Origin: Tubiluchus corallicola
Taxonomy: Eukaryota > Animalia > Priapulida
NCBI GenBank assembly: GCA_030141605.1
Contig: JAQGDQ010001079.1
Coordinates: forward strand, 1-64,000
Reading direction: 5' to 3'
Length of the DNA: 64,000 nucleotides
Part shown: in pieces, positions 1 through 13,428 of the stretch
How the letters are laid out: each line of letters begins with the position of its first letter
Position numbering within the stretch: the first letter of the stretch is position 1
Translations under genes and position numbers: made by a program
Notes under the pieces: generated by a model
Told to the model about the DNA's origin: nothing
Seen by the model: the letters and a program-made list of their open reading frames with translations, nothing else
Databases searched by the model: none

Positions 1-465
1 TGTTCTGTTCTGTTCTGTTCTGTTCTATTCTATTCTATTCTATTCTATTCACTTTTCTCTTCTCTTCTCTTCTATTCTATTCTATTCTATTCTATTCTAT
101 TCTATTCTATTCTATTCTATTCTATTCTATTCTATTCTATTCTATTATATTATATTATATTCTATTTTCTTCCATTCTGTTCTGTTCTATTCTATTCTAT
201 TCTATTCTATTCTATTCTATTCTATTCTATTCTATTCTATTTTATTCTATTCTATTCTATTCTATTCTATTCACTTTTCTCTTCTCTTCTCTTCTCTTCT
301 CTTCTCTTCTCTTCTCTTCTCTTCTCTTCTCTTCTCTTCTCTTCTCTTCTCTTCTCTTCTCTTCTCTCTATTCTATTCTATTCTATTCTATTCTATTCTA
401 TTCTATTCTATTCTATTCTATTCTATTCTATTTCATTCCATTCCATTCTATTCTATTCTATTCTA
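1..465. repeat. Compound pentanucleotide microsatellite (TTCTG/TTCTA/TTCTC)n
   Basis: Directly visible tandem pentamers. Confidence 0.97.
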
Positions 466-644
466 ATATTAATGCATTGCCTACCAGAAGCTCACGTTCA
501 TGGGCCTACGTTTTTACATGCATATCGTGTGTCCTTACAACCACTATAATTTTAGCCACTCTATACACCCCACAGAAATTGTATGAAATCACATCACACT
601 TGTACGTGTAAACGAATATGTATTTTAGCAATACTTTGTTTCAG

Positions 645-773
645 CTTGCGCTGATGACTATGATAATTGCACAGACTGGGCTGCTAATGGCAACTGTACA
701 AAGGATCCATCTTTCATGTTGAAAAAATGTAGGAAAGCGTGTAGAGTTTGCGGGGATGGCATTGATGAAACAG
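645..773 (+). CDS. ShKT-domain protein, internal exon A (gene start lies upstream of the window)
   Basis: tttcag|...|gtttga, 129 nt, phase 1-1. Reads ACADDYDNCTDWAANGNCTKDPSFMLKKCRKACRVCGDGIDET, the 6-Cys ShKT pattern C-x6-C-x2-W-x4-C-x7-M-x3-C-x3-C-x2-C. Confidence 0.9.
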
Positions 774-797
774 GTTTGATGCCTGACATTTTATGAT

Positions 798-867
798 CAG
801 GGCCGGCCTTGAGCATCGGCAAACTAGGCAACCGCCTAGGGCCTCCAATTACCTAAGGCCGGCCCTG
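798..867. mobile_element. 70-bp hAT-type MITE
   Basis: 13-bp TIR cagggccggcctt/aaggccggccctg; 8-bp TSD tttatgat/cttatgat (1 mismatch); related to 35799-36122. Confidence 0.75.
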
Positions 868-1288
868 CTTATGATGTTACTTAGCAACAGTTTTCATAAG
901 TGAATACTCATTCAAATGCTGGATGATGAAACTTGTTAGTCAAGATGTCGATCTTACACGCTGCTATTTTATACCTTTATCAGAAGTCAGACGAGTTTCG
1001 TGACCTTGAAATCTGCCTCTAATGTCGCTATCTAACGAGTCTGGCTTTGTCATCGTCAGCATCATTGAAAGAGTTGAACTTGTGTCATCGCACAAGAATC
1101 ACCGGATAATTTCACTCATACTGCATTTGATAAGAAAATTGAAATCTGTTTAACATGTTTTTTTCCATATTGATTATTTTGTGAATGAGATCTTTATAAG
1201 ACAGAGTATTTAAATGTTTATGGAAAATGTTGCATTAAACTGCTCCTTCTGTTTATAGCCTTTCATTATTGCGTTAAATGATGAACCA

Positions 1289-1743
1289 GAACCAATCTTA
1301 AACTGCAGGTCAAAACAATCCCTCTTTAATATATTGAAAGCAGACTATTTTTTTTCAAAAATGGCTTATGTGAAGGAATTATTACCACACAAAAACTATT
1401 TCACGTTCGTGCCACTAGTTCGTCGCTGTTACTCGCATCCATTTGCTAATTTGACGGGCACTAGTGCTTGCATTTCTGAATTGTATTGCACAAGAAACAG
1501 GTGCTGTACCTTTCAGATCCGATGTGTTCGTTTGTGAAGAATTAAAGACGTTCAATTTGAGCACAGCAGTAAATTTGAAATTTGAATTTTTTATCTTACA
1601 CAGTGGAACCTTAGTACAACACATTGTGTATATCTTACAGTAGCACTGTACTTCTGTTTTCACTTTCGCAAACACGTGCAACACGCTCCTGGAATATTTT
1701 TGCTGTTGAAAATTATGTTAGTTTGTGATGTCATCGCCATTAA
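1289..1743 (+). mobile_element. Dispersed repeat family, probable non-autonomous DNA transposon with TTAA-associated end
   Basis: Homologous segments at ~9150-9340 (rc), ~19291-19470, ~44925-45101 and ~48049-48175 (rc, ending ...gctttaa). Boundaries approximate. Confidence 0.6.
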
Positions 1744-1768
1744 TCAGAAACGTTTTCCCAGTATTATT

Positions 1769-1950
<182 letters not shown>

Positions 1951-2212
1951 AGGCAGTATGTTCGCATAAAGCAAAAAAATGTTACCTTGGCGCGAGGCCC
2001 CCCTGGAGGGTGAGGCCCTGGGGAAGTAGCCCCACTTCCCCCCTCCCCTTGAAATAGGCCCTGCGCGTACTACAGGTATTGTGTAACTTCAGCACATCCT
2101 ATTTTTTCTATTTTGACTCAATATTATCGATTATGTTCAATATAATAAGTATCTAGTCGTACAGGTCTCTTGTTTTCTGACTTACAATGTTTTTTAAATT
2201 TTTTTTGAGCAG

Positions 2213-2335
2213 AGTGTATGGATAAACTAGATAACCCCGTTTACTGTGAATACTATGCTGATGCTGGTGAATGTGAGAAGAATCCAGGCTACATGTTGGA
2301 CAACTGTCGTAAAACCTGCAAAATCTGCGTGACCA
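2213..2335 (+). CDS. ShKT-domain protein, exon B
   Basis: gagcag|...|gtaagt, 123 nt, phase 1-1; ECMDKLDNPVYCEYYADAGECEKNPGYMLDNCRKTCKICVT. Confidence 0.92.
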
Positions 2336-2456
2336 GTAAGTACGGATGTAACGTCAGAAAAAAGGAAACGCCAAACCTGCCTAAAGATTTAGTCAAAATA
2401 AACTATTTTATTTAAAACAGCAACAAAGTTTCACAGCAATAGATTCGTCAGCTTAA

Positions 2457-3373
2457 AGCACAAGAAATCCCTCCACTTACTTAAGGCTTAAAAATTTCGT
2501 CTCGAAGTTTCATACCACTTACGTACTACATTTTCGTATGAACGGCTTGGATCGGCCATAACGCTGTATGAAACGTGTAAATTTAAACTCCCGCGATGAC
2601 CGTTAGGCGCAGCCATTTTAATGGTAGGTCGTTTGAAACAAGTTTTGATAACATTGAGTAAAGTTTGAAAAAATAATCAGAGCATTCGTAGCATACATGT
2701 TGCTAATTAAGCAAAATTTAAAATTTCTGTATCTTGTCAATAAGACGAAATATACATTTTTGGCTAGTGTGTGGCTCACCCTGGTGGGTAAGTCAACGAC
2801 ATTTTATCAACTGGCAAATACATTTTAAATTATTAGTCTAGTTACATACGTCTCTGAAGCTGGTAAGTGAAATGCTAAGTATATATATATGTATATATAC
2901 CATTTTGATGACAAATAAACAATTAATATATATATATATATTAATTGTTTATTTGTCATTAAAATGGTTCACTCATTATAATAAAATTGAATAAGCCTCA
3001 GCATAATGTTAAAATAACAACACTGTTCAAGATAAATGTGTCCAGTGCATATTAAAAAAACTAAAGTGCAAAACTAAGGCCTAATTATATACAATAAATG
3101 AACATATTTACAAATACCATATTAAAATAATATAGATTTGCACGGAAAGTTTTTCGGGTCATAATTTAACATTGCCTTTTCTTCCCCTGATTTGCGTGGC
3201 GTAGTGACGTCATGTAATGGCGCCATCCGAACATTATTGCGAGAGATTTACAATGAAGACAAACAAAAATTCCGTTCAACGCGAATACGATAACGTGCAT
3301 AAAATTGCTGTAAAGTCGTGTAATTTTTTAAGGCGATTTTTCTGAAACATACTTCAGGTGCCCCTTTTGTCCT
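2457..3373 (+). mobile_element. Kolobok-like non-autonomous DNA transposon, interrupted by a LINE 3' fragment
   Basis: TTAA|AGCACAAGAAA...TTTTGTCCT|TTAC. Family copies at 7510-8067 (rc, partial), 15685-16316 and 42334-43377 (rc). TTAA TSD with AG termini fits Kolobok rather than piggyBac (inference). Confidence 0.65.
2941..3128 (-). mobile_element. 5'-truncated 3'UTR fragment of the CR1/L2-type LINE seen at 25454-26850
   Basis: Near-identical to 25463-25640; (TA)n tail. Confidence 0.75.
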
Positions 3374-3489
3374 TTACTAAGTGGTAATGTTACAGCTGAT
3401 TACAACAGGGAGGCCCAGACTGAGCGGAGGCTAAGCAATGTCACAGGGGGGAATGTTGGCACAATTGAAGCCATATTGCTCTCATATGG

Positions 3490-3830
3490 TGTGAAAGTCA
3501 TGTTTAAAGTTGTAGATCGCTCACTTGTAGAACAAGAATAAACAACTATACTACATATTTGCACAGAAAAGTGTTTATTAGACTACATACACATGAATAA
3601 AATGGCTGCTGCACTGAACACTGAGAGTTAGACAGTGACTAGAAAGTAAAACCAGTCAATATATATAGGTATAGGTGATTATGCACACTTGTACAGGCTT
3701 CACAAAACCATTACTTTAGATTAGGGAGAGATCATTCACTGGACTGTACAATTATACTGGGGGTAAGTAGCTGGTAGAGTAAAGTTCATAGATGGCAGCA
3801 CCTTAAAAATGTACAATTACAACTTCCACA
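3490..3830 (-). mobile_element. Solo LTR (diverged, shorter copy)
   Basis: TGTGAAAGT...ACTTCCACA ends; perfect 5-bp TSD tatgg (3485-3489/3831-3835); rc-homologous to 30182-30604. Confidence 0.8.
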
Positions 3831-5245
3831 TATGGATCACTCTCTTAATGCAGTTATTTGTAGGCTTAATGTTCACTTGTAATATGTAATGTGTAATGTG
3901 TTAAATAATCAAAATTATTCAAATAGGAGATGTTACCGAAATTTTAGCTTCAGTTTGCTGATAATTAATTGCATTTACGCTCAAGTTTGGGTTCGGCGAA
4001 ATTTATTAAGTTTCGGTCGCATTTTTCACTAGTTTTACTAGTATTTATCCAATTTGCCTTTTCTTTTCCCCTGGACGTCAAAAACTGTGGAAAAATCTTG
4101 CCAAAATAATCCATATAAAACAAAAATTTCGTTTACATAACCGTCTTTCACAGCAATGTGGCATATCTTCAGTGCTGACCGCTGCGAAGTTCTGGGATCT
4201 CCAGGCCCAATCAATCAAAATATCAAACCACGTTTGAATTTATTTCAGCAAAATCGTTTTTAATTTTATAATTTATGAAATATAGGCAACAAAATGTCAT
4301 TTTAATATCATCTTTAAACATTAATCATTAAGGATACTTAAATCCAAAAACATTATAACACATTTTCTAAGGTAAACCACTCCATCAAACTTGAGGTTCT
4401 TTGGAAAAAACTTCCTCTTCATTTTTGTATTAGAATTTTTTTCAAAGCAAATAAAAGCAAACAAACAAAAAAGAAAAAAATTACTTGTTAGAATTTTTTC
4501 AATTTTTATAAAACCGTTTTTGCAAAAATGTTTCGGTTCTGTTTCGATTCGCTCTCGGGTTTTCTACGTTTCAAAAACTTGTTTCGTTTTGTGAATTCCG
4601 TTTCGGTAACATTCCTGCATGCTAGAGAGGTGACACTTTGTTTTTAATATTTTCGTAGTATTACCTATTAGAAAAAATGCTGTGAACATTGACTTATATA
4701 ATCTGTAGGGAATTTCGCTAAGTATCTCGTTGGTCACGTGACCACGATCACTCACCTGTGCAGATTTGTTTCTACCTGGACAAGTGAGTGAGTTGGTAGA
4801 TGTTAACAGGCTTCTTTAAAAGTAGTTTTTCACAGTATGATAGTGACATAATTTGTCAGACATGTTGGTAAACACTAGATTTGCTTTATGGAGACATTCG
4901 ATGTAAGTAAATACATCATTTTGTATTAATTTGATTGAACTGATCACTTTGAACATTTTAGTTTAATTAATGACAATCTTATAATTCGATAGAACGTGTT
5001 ACATAGTATAAATTACTAAAATTACCAAATTAGATTTACTTAATCCTCGTGTTTAGTAAAGTCTAGAACTACAGAATTTAATGCAAATTTGTAAAATGGC
5101 CTTTTTATTTATTTTTCGTATAAAACGCTGCAATATTTTGTTGGAATATGGCGGACATTGATTGTAGTACATAATCATTGCTGCTTTTTCGGTACTTGCT
5201 AGATCTTACTGCCATATTCGTCATTGTTTTCATTCGTTGTTACAG

Positions 5246-5371
5246 ACAAAACGGATGTGTGTAAGAACAACAATGTGTACTGCGAATACTGGGCTTCAGA
5301 GGGTGAATGCAAGACAAAACCTGATTTCATGCTGTATCAGTGTAAAAAAGCGTGCAATGTTTGTGTCAGCG
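5246..5371 (+). CDS. ShKT-domain protein, exon C
   Basis: ttacag|...|gtaagt, 126 nt, phase 1-1; KTDVCKNNNVYCEYWASEGECKTKPDFMLYQCKKACNVCVS. Confidence 0.92.
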
Positions 5372-5592
5372 GTAAGTGCCGATGATTAGATTATTTTCTG
5401 TTTCCTATTCTTTTTTTGTCTGTCAGTAACCAGGTACAGAAACTGAAATTGTAAACATGAATCCAATATAAAACATTCTGTTCATGAACATCTACAAATG
5501 GTACATTACTGTCACAACATGCTAAATTAATGCTTTGCTTTTTTCATTACTATTCATCTAATTATTGGTTACCCGCCTCTTTAAATTGCTGC

Positions 5593-5864
5593 TATAGGTT
5601 TTACATGTCAAATGTAGACCTGCGTTAACTCAAATGTAGATTTAGGTAATTCAAATGTGTTAACAATGGTTTTCAACAAATCTTAAGCGTTTTTGGTAAG
5701 TCAAATGTAGACACATGTCAAGTCAAATGTCCTATGTCTACATTTGACTTACCTAAGTCACATTTGCATTACCAAAACACATTCGAAATTCCTGTGTCTA
5801 CATTTGACTTACCTGAGTCACATTTGAACTTTCCTGTGTCTACATTTGACGTGTAAAACCTATA
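5593..5864. mobile_element. Foldback MITE with internal tcaaatgtagac subrepeats
   Basis: tataggttttacatgtcaaatgtagac...gtctacatttgacgtgtaaaacctata inverted ends. Confidence 0.65.
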
Positions 5865-5942
5865 TTACATGCCTATAAAGCACATTAGTTAGCATCTTGT
5901 TTTGCTGCTTTATGTGTCATTTTTAACTTTTTTTGTGATTAA

Positions 5943-6318
5943 CCCTTTCATACCCGTTGTATCCCGTGGGATACGAGAACATTTTCTGCCTTTAAAATTA
6001 ATAAAATTGTAAAACTGACAGTTATTTGATCTGTTAATAGTTATTTTGATTTAAGCCAATAACAATAGACTAAAAAATGGTGATGAAATAGCAGACTAGA
6101 AAATCTACATAGCATAAAAAACTGTGCAAGGTGCAGTACTTTAGAGACGACTTTGTACAGATCAGCATAGCATGCATGGTAAATGTCTTAAAAAAGTCGG
6201 AGATTGTTTTTTTTTGCATATGACAAAGAATGTTGTGTATCCCACAGGATACATTGGGAACAAAAGTACCAAGCCAAAATTTTTGTCTTATTAAAAAAAT
6301 AATTTGAGACTGAAAGGG
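5943..6318 (+). mobile_element. piggyBac-type MITE
   Basis: TTAA|CCCTTTCA...TGAAAGGG|TTAA; four copies in the window. Confidence 0.85.
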
Positions 6319-6406
6319 TTAATGCAAAATTTCACGCTAGATGTCGCAGCTCAATCAACTATCACCGTCGTATGTTTGAAGAGGATGAAAATGTTATTTT
6401 AAAGTA

Positions 6407-6910
6407 CAGTGTTGCCTCGTTACTTCGCGGTTCGTTCATCGCGGACTCGCTGTTTCGCGGGTTTTCAAAAATATTAATGTAAAATATTTATCGCGATGTT
6501 TTCGCTGTTTCGCGGGTTTTTGCAGTAGTCCGTCTAAAGTATTTTTGCGCCTGCGTAGTACGAATTGTACAATAATGTATAGACTTGATGAATTCATCAT
6601 CATCATTCTAGCTGTAGGACGTATCTTCAATGGTGAGTGCCCATGTCGAATTTTAAAGTTACGTATCTAGGTTTAAGAGTTTAAAACATTTTTATGAACA
6701 TTTAAGTAAAGTTTTTTAAAAGGTACATGTACAGTATCGGAAAATTTATTAAGGGAATGGGAAAGGGTTATGTATAAGAGTGTGGGGAGGGTTTATAAAG
6801 ACTTAAAATAATGTATAACTACTAAAATAAGTATAGCGTCCCTACTTCACGGAAATTCACTATTCGCGGGTGGGCCTGGAACGGAAACCCTGATAAATAA
6901 GGGAAGACTG
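6407..6910. mobile_element. Tc1/mariner (pogo/Tigger-like) MITE
   Basis: TA|CAGT...ACTG|TA with imperfect TIRs. Confidence 0.6.
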
Positions 6911-7096
6911 TATTTCGTACCAGTTTACATAGAGATGCTATTACAGCGATGCTTTGTTTACATGTTCTGCATGTCAAACAGTAATACCTAATGCCACAAA
7001 ACTTGACTTGTATATTCAGTGTTGCTGTTTTGGTATTACTTGAAACTTGATTGTAACTTTTGTTGCTGTTATTGTTATTGTTTTTGTTGGTTGCAG

Positions 7097-7222
7097 AGGG
7101 ACCAGATGTGTGCAAGGACAGCAACGATAACTGCAAATTCTGGGCTGAGTTGGGTGCTTGCGAGAAAAACCCGGATTACATGAAGTATCAGTGTAGAAGA
7201 GCCTGTAAAATTTGTGAAAGCA
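7097..7222 (+). CDS. ShKT-domain protein, exon D
   Basis: ttgcag|...|gtaagt, 126 nt; EGPDVCKDSNDNCKFWAELGACEKNPDYMKYQCRRACKICES. Confidence 0.92.
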
Positions 7223-7509
7223 GTAAGTACAGATGATTCGCAGTGAGTATGTATGACTAAGAGTACATACATACATACATGGTGACATGACATCAGCGTG
7301 AGGTCATAACCATGAGGTCACCGTGAGCTCATGACTTGAGCTCAGCATGATGTCAGTATGATCTAACAAGACGGTTAACAAACGTAGCTCAATACGAGTT
7401 CATGATTTTGGTCTCATGAGCTCAAGCATGAGGTCACTGTGACATCACTATGACATCACGTTCTTGACCTAAGACAGATGATTACGTTTTGTACAAGTTA
7501 AGAACTTAA

Positions 7510-8067
7510 AGGACAACAAAAGGGGTACCTGAAGTCGGTGTCAGTTAAAAATTATATTACTTTGCAGCAATTTTATGCACATGTCGTACTTGCATTAAAA
7601 GGAATTTTCGTTTGTCTTCATTTAAAATCTCCCGCTATGCTGTTCCGACTGCGCCATTACATGACGTCACCTATGCAAGCGTAAATCAGGGGAAGAAAAT
7701 GCAATGTTAAATTATGTCCCATGAAACTTTCCATGCAAATCTATGTTACTTAGCATTTCGCTTACCTGCTGGAAAGATGTTATGTAACTAGAAATAATAA
7801 TTTAAAATGTTTGTGCCAATTGGTAAAATGTCATTGACTTACCCTTCAGGGTGCACCACTCACCAACCAAAAACATTTTTTTCTTATTGACAAGATACTG
7901 TAATTTAAAATTTCACTTAGTTAGTGACATTTATGCTACGACTGCTCTGATTATTTTTTCAAACTTTACTCAATTTCATCTAAACTTGTTTCGAACGACC
8001 TACCATCAAAGTGGCTGCGTCTAGCAGTCATCGCGGGAGTTTTAATTTGCACGTTTTATACAGCGTT
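7510..8067 (-). mobile_element. Kolobok-like element, partial copy
   Basis: TTAA|AGGACAA start; rc-homologous to ~2560-3373. Confidence 0.65.
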
Positions 8068-8309
8068 GATTTAGATAATAAACATTTATAATAATGATAA
8101 TAATAATAATAATAATAATAATAAAAGTAATAGTAATAGTAATAGTAATAGTAATAATAATAATAGTATTAGTAATAATAATAATAATAATAATTATAAT
8201 AATTTACTTCGATGAATAATTATCTGTATTTTAGTGATTATTGCATTCTGCAGTGTGGAAATGAATCAACTCTTGAAACTATACTAACTGTTGTTTTCGC
8301 TGCTTTCAG

Positions 8310-8435
8310 ATGAAACAGAACCGTGTGTGAACAAGAACCAGCAGTGCTCGTACTGGGCCACCTTGGGTGCATGCGACAACCACGCAGATATGATGAAGTA
8401 TGAGTGTCCAAAAGCTTGCAGAATTTGTGAGAGCG
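8310..8435 (+). CDS. ShKT-domain protein, exon E
   Basis: tttcag|...|gtaagg, 126 nt; ETEPCVNKNQQCSYWATLGACDNHADMMKYECPKACRICES. Confidence 0.92.
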
Positions 8436-9660
8436 GTAAGGATGATTAGGATAGGGGACAGGTATAGACCACCTGCTGTTGTTTGTAGGTGTAGAAACCT
8501 CTATCTCACTACTGTTTGCCATCTTTCTTCTTACATATTGTTGCACAGTCCAGGGTTCAAATCTGGATCAGTGAAACCTTGTTGCAGACAAAATGTTTGT
8601 AGTCACGGAAACACTGTCAACAGAGGTTAATACCACTGAATGCTTTATTGTAACATAATCAGTACATGAATGTCCCACATATCCCATAAAGTGGATTAAC
8701 CTGACTGTTCAGAGCACAGGTGAGTAAAACAGACAGGTGACTAGCAGGTAACAAACTGAAAAACTGACCAAAACCAAAAGCTTTACATTCCCGCCACAGA
8801 TGGCGCCTCGTGTACGAATTTGTAGGTAAGATTAACAAAAAAGCTAAGTCTGCTTTTAAAACAACATTGTAGATGAGAAAATAGAGAAGAAATGTGAGGT
8901 TTCGAACAGGTAATTAAGGCGAAAACTAACCAGGATGTTTTCCTGCGTTGCTCATGCTGATCATGATTACGGAACAGGTGCTTGGGTCGTGTACGCACCT
9001 GTCCATCTGCAGACTGAACCGACGAAGCCATGCCATACCTGCTATGCAGTGCTGATGTTTCGCAATTTGACACTCCCAAGGTTTAAGGCAAGTTTTAGGA
9101 TAAAAATTCAAATTTCATATTTGGCGCTGTATTCATGTATGAGGTGTTCAACGTGTACAGCTTGTCACAAACTAACACATCTGAACAGAGCGGTACAGCA
9201 CCTTTTTTTGTGCAACGTGTTTTCAAAATGCAGGCGCTAGTGCCTGTCTATAACTAGCGAATGGCAAAATGCGTGTAACAGCAAAGAACTAGTGGCGTGA
9301 ACGTGAAATTGCGTTTGTGTGATAATAATTCTTTCTCGTATGCTATTCTTGGTATATCTAATAAACGACGTTAGGCCTTTCTGTATTCAGTCTCCAGTAT
9401 TTAACTCAAATTAACTACTTCCATAAAACAAGGAACAATCAGCTTTGGTTGTATCATATTGTTGTGAACAGTTTTGAAATAACAAAGTGGTGTGATAACT
9501 GCTGTTATAAATTCTGGTTTGCATATTACTACATCTATTTCACAGGTTAAAATATGGCCAAGACGTTCTATTTTATTAAACCATTTAATAACTCATGACT
9601 TGTAGAAAAAAGGCTTTCAACCTTATATTATATATATATAATATAATATAAGGTTGGTAT

Positions 9661-9994
9661 ATATTAATTCTTTATTTGTCATTAAAATGGTTCACTCATT
9701 ATAATAAAATTGAGTAAGCCTCAGCGTAATGTTAAAATAACAGCACTGTTCAAGACAAATGCGTCCAGTGCAGACTAAAAAAAACTAAAGTGCAAAACTA
9801 AGTCCTAATTATATACAATAAATGAACATATTTACAAACACCATATTAAAATATTTTTACAAAACAATATTACAAAAGTACCTTAAATTTTACATGACAT
9901 ATTTTACACTATATATACATTTAACATGACACAATTAACAGAAACATGCTTTACATTACATGAATTTCACTCATTACATTTACACTATTTATAC
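9661..9994 (-). mobile_element. LINE 3'UTR fragment (same CR1/L2-type family)
   Basis: Near-identical to 25461-25785. Confidence 0.8.
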
Positions 9995-10087
9995 ATGTAC
10001 CCTTAATCTATATGCTCAATGTTGCTGTTTTGTTGCCACTCGAGACTTGATTGTAACTGTCATTGTTGTTGCTTGTGTTGCTTGCAG

Positions 10088-10213
10088 ATGAACCGGATCC
10101 GTGCGAGGATTTCAACGAGTTCTGCGAGTACTGGGCCGACATCGGTGAATGCGACAAAAAAATGGGTTTCATGAAGTATCAGTGTAGAAAGTCTTGTAAA
10201 ATTTGTGACAGCG
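10088..10213 (+). CDS. ShKT-domain protein, exon F
   Basis: ttgcag|...|gtaagt, 126 nt; DEPDPCEDFNEFCEYWADIGECDKKMGFMKYQCRKSCKICDS. Confidence 0.92.
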
Positions 10214-10282
10214 GTAAGTTGGGATGATTTAGTTGTAGGCAGGCTAACAAGTTAATGCAGTTTTCTGCATGGGTATATATAT

Positions 10283-10893
10283 ATATAGAAAAGCAAAACA
10301 CATTGAATTTTAGTACCAAAATATAGAAAAGCAAAACACATTGAATTTTAGTACCAAACTATAGAAAAGCAAAACACATTGAATATTAGTACCAAAATAT
10401 AGAAAAGCAAAATACATTGAATATTAGTACCAAAATATAGAAAAGCAACTCACATTGAATATTTGTACCAAAATATAGACAAGTAAAACACATTGAATTT
10501 TAGTACCAAAATATAGAAAAGCAAAACACATTGAATTTTAGTACGAAATATAGACAAGTAAAACACATTGAATATTAGTACCAAAATATAGAAAAGCAAA
10601 ACACATTGAATATTAGTACCAAAATATAGAAAAGCAAAACACATTGAATTTTAGTACCAAAATATAGAAAAGCAAAACACATTGAATTTTAGTACCAAAC
10701 TATAGAAAAGCAAAACACATTGAATATTAGTACCAAAATATAGAAAAGCAAAACACATTGAATATTAGTACCAAAATATAGAAAAGCAAAATACATTGAA
10801 TATTAGTACAAAAATATAGAAAAGCAAATCACATTTAATATTAGTACCAAAATATAGACAAGTAAAACACATTGAATATTAGTACCAAAATAT
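10283..10893. repeat. 38-39-bp intronic minisatellite (~16 copies)
   Basis: Unit atatagaaaagcaaaacacattgaat(t/a)ttagtaccaaa(a). Confidence 0.95.
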
Positions 10894-11512
10894 CTGACTT
10901 CATTTTTCAAGTCCAACCGTGTTCCCGACCCAGGTTCTACAGCGTCTGTATCTACTGTAATTTAATTTAATTTTTAATGAAGTTTCCGTTGCTATAGCTT
11001 TAAGTTAAATGCCAGTTGGGAATAAATAAATCGTTATTCTTGCTCGCAAAATACTGTTTAGTTTTTTTTTCAAAATTATACGTTTTTTAAACAGTTAAGT
11101 TCCGCCATTATATACAGTCGGCCAACCCCTCCCCCAATTTTTTTTGGTGCACGACGCCCCTGTCTGCAGCCTGCTTGAATGTAAATGCTATGCAAATACA
11201 TGTATTTAATAATGTCACGTAGAAACTATGTTAATATTGTTTCTAATACACCACAAGTAATTGTTTAATCTGCTCATTATATAAACAACCATAAATTCAC
11301 AGTATAGATAGGCGGGAGAGAACTGCCAACCTAGGGAGTCGTAAAGTCTTGATACGCCAGTGTAAAATGTTAATGCAGTGATGTTTTTTTTTTACTTTTT
11401 CTTGCTGTATTACCTAAAAAAAGAGCCATTTACTTTGACAATTGTACTCAATGTTTGTTTTTACTCTAGGCTTGATTGTAACAGTTGTTGTTACTGTTTT
11501 CGTTGCTTACAG

Positions 11513-11635
11513 GTAAAAAAGATGTGTGTTCCGACAGAAGTGAGCACTGCCCTCACTGGGTGGAAAATAATCAATGCGAGGAACACCCTAATGTAATGCG
11601 GTTTCAGTGTAAAAAATCTTGTAAATTTTGTACAG
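11513..11635 (+). CDS. ShKT-domain protein, exon G
   Basis: ttacag|...|gtaggt, 123 nt; GKKDVCSDRSEHCPHWVENNQCEEHPNVMRFQCKKSCKFCT. Confidence 0.9.
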
Positions 11636-12399
11636 GTAGGTTGACTGAGTGATGTTTAATCTTCACATTGTGCGTCCACAATGCATTTGCACAACTCATG
11701 TGATTTATATCAGTAATTGTATGCTCGCGTAGCAAAATCGTCCATAAGCTTTGCTAGTTATTCACATGATCCTAAATCTCCATTTCAAGAGAATAATTTT
11801 GATACCAAGTTAATCATTCTATGTTATTTCTAAGCTGAGATAATCCACGTTGAAGTTGAGGTGCAGGCTTCACACTGAAAAGCATAACCTTGAGAAAATC
11901 GCTGTTAAAGTTAGCCTGTGGCGGATGACTTTGGTTAAAAAACAACGAAGATTTCTCTTCTTGTTATAGGGGCTTGGATTAGTGGAAATGATAAAAAATT
12001 TTCTAAAATTTTGATCGCTAAAATTGGTACTATTATTTACATGACAATCGAACGGAAGTAATTACGGCTGATCTCAACGACCATACACAACGTGAATGCA
12101 ATGCTACGAAAATGCAATGCAATAAACTCCAGTAGGTACTCGTCTGCTTTCTTGACCGAGAAATTCTCTGACTGACCATCTGAAAGGAATCACCCCGAAT
12201 GTGCTTTTTTTTGGGTTCAATCCTGGGGCCAAGTCATACAAAAAACTTAAAGCTGGAAGCACTATGCAGGTTATAGTAAAAACTGTTACATGATTATTTG
12301 ATGTGGTAGACATCAGTAAACGACTCATTCGAAAAGACAGCTATTGGCTATCAGAGCTTATAAGTATAGTCAGTTAATGTTATTGTTGATGTTAGTATT

Positions 12400-12830
<431 letters not shown>

Positions 12831-12901
12831 AAAATTGACTGACTAACTGACTGACTATGGTTGACTGATTGATCTTGATTAAATTATTGTTGTTTGTTTA
12901 G

Positions 12902-12930
12902 ACGTTGAGGAAACAACAACAACTAGCTAA
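12902..12930 (+). CDS. ShKT-domain protein, probable terminal exon
   Basis: tttgtttag| acceptor in phase 1 gives DVEETTTTS-TAA; downstream AATAAA at 13263-13268. Confidence 0.6.
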
Positions 12931-13262
12931 CTTATGGATGACAATGTATGCTGCCGATGTGTTTTCAGAGATGCATGGCGTGGAAGATGATTTGAATGCA
13001 AATGCTCAAAGTATTGAAGACCACTTGCTGGTCATTTTCTTTTTGACTCCCATTTGCATTAGAAAATTAAATGTTTAATTAAAAAGTCAGTTTAATTGTT
13101 TTTTTGTGAGAAAATGTTAATTTAACTCAACTATATAGCAGAAACATTTATAATTATCACTGTAAGCAAATTCCATTTAACCAGAATGATATTTGTTTTT
13201 GTTGTAATTAATTGTTTGGCATTATGTGAAAAATTTGATGTTGTGTTAAAAGTTATGTGCTG

Positions 13263-13268
13263 AATAAA
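13263..13268 (+). terminator. Putative polyadenylation signal of the ShKT gene
   Basis: AATAAA followed ~20-40 nt later by a T-rich tract. Confidence 0.45.
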
Positions 13269-13428
13269 TCTTACAGTTATCAGCTTTTGCATCTTTTCTT
13301 TTTCAAGTATGAGTTGTCGCTGTAAACAGAATTATGCAAAATGATACATCAGTCAATGTTGTTCACATCTCATGCGACTGCAAATACTGTAATTACAATT
13401 TCATTGTTGTGCCTGATAAACTTGCTGG

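Noticed and set aside
4764-4787. 24-nt phase-1 microexon in the ShKT gene (cag|...|gtgagt)
   Set aside because: Weak polypyrimidine tract, a competing donor 4 nt upstream, and no recognisable peptide.
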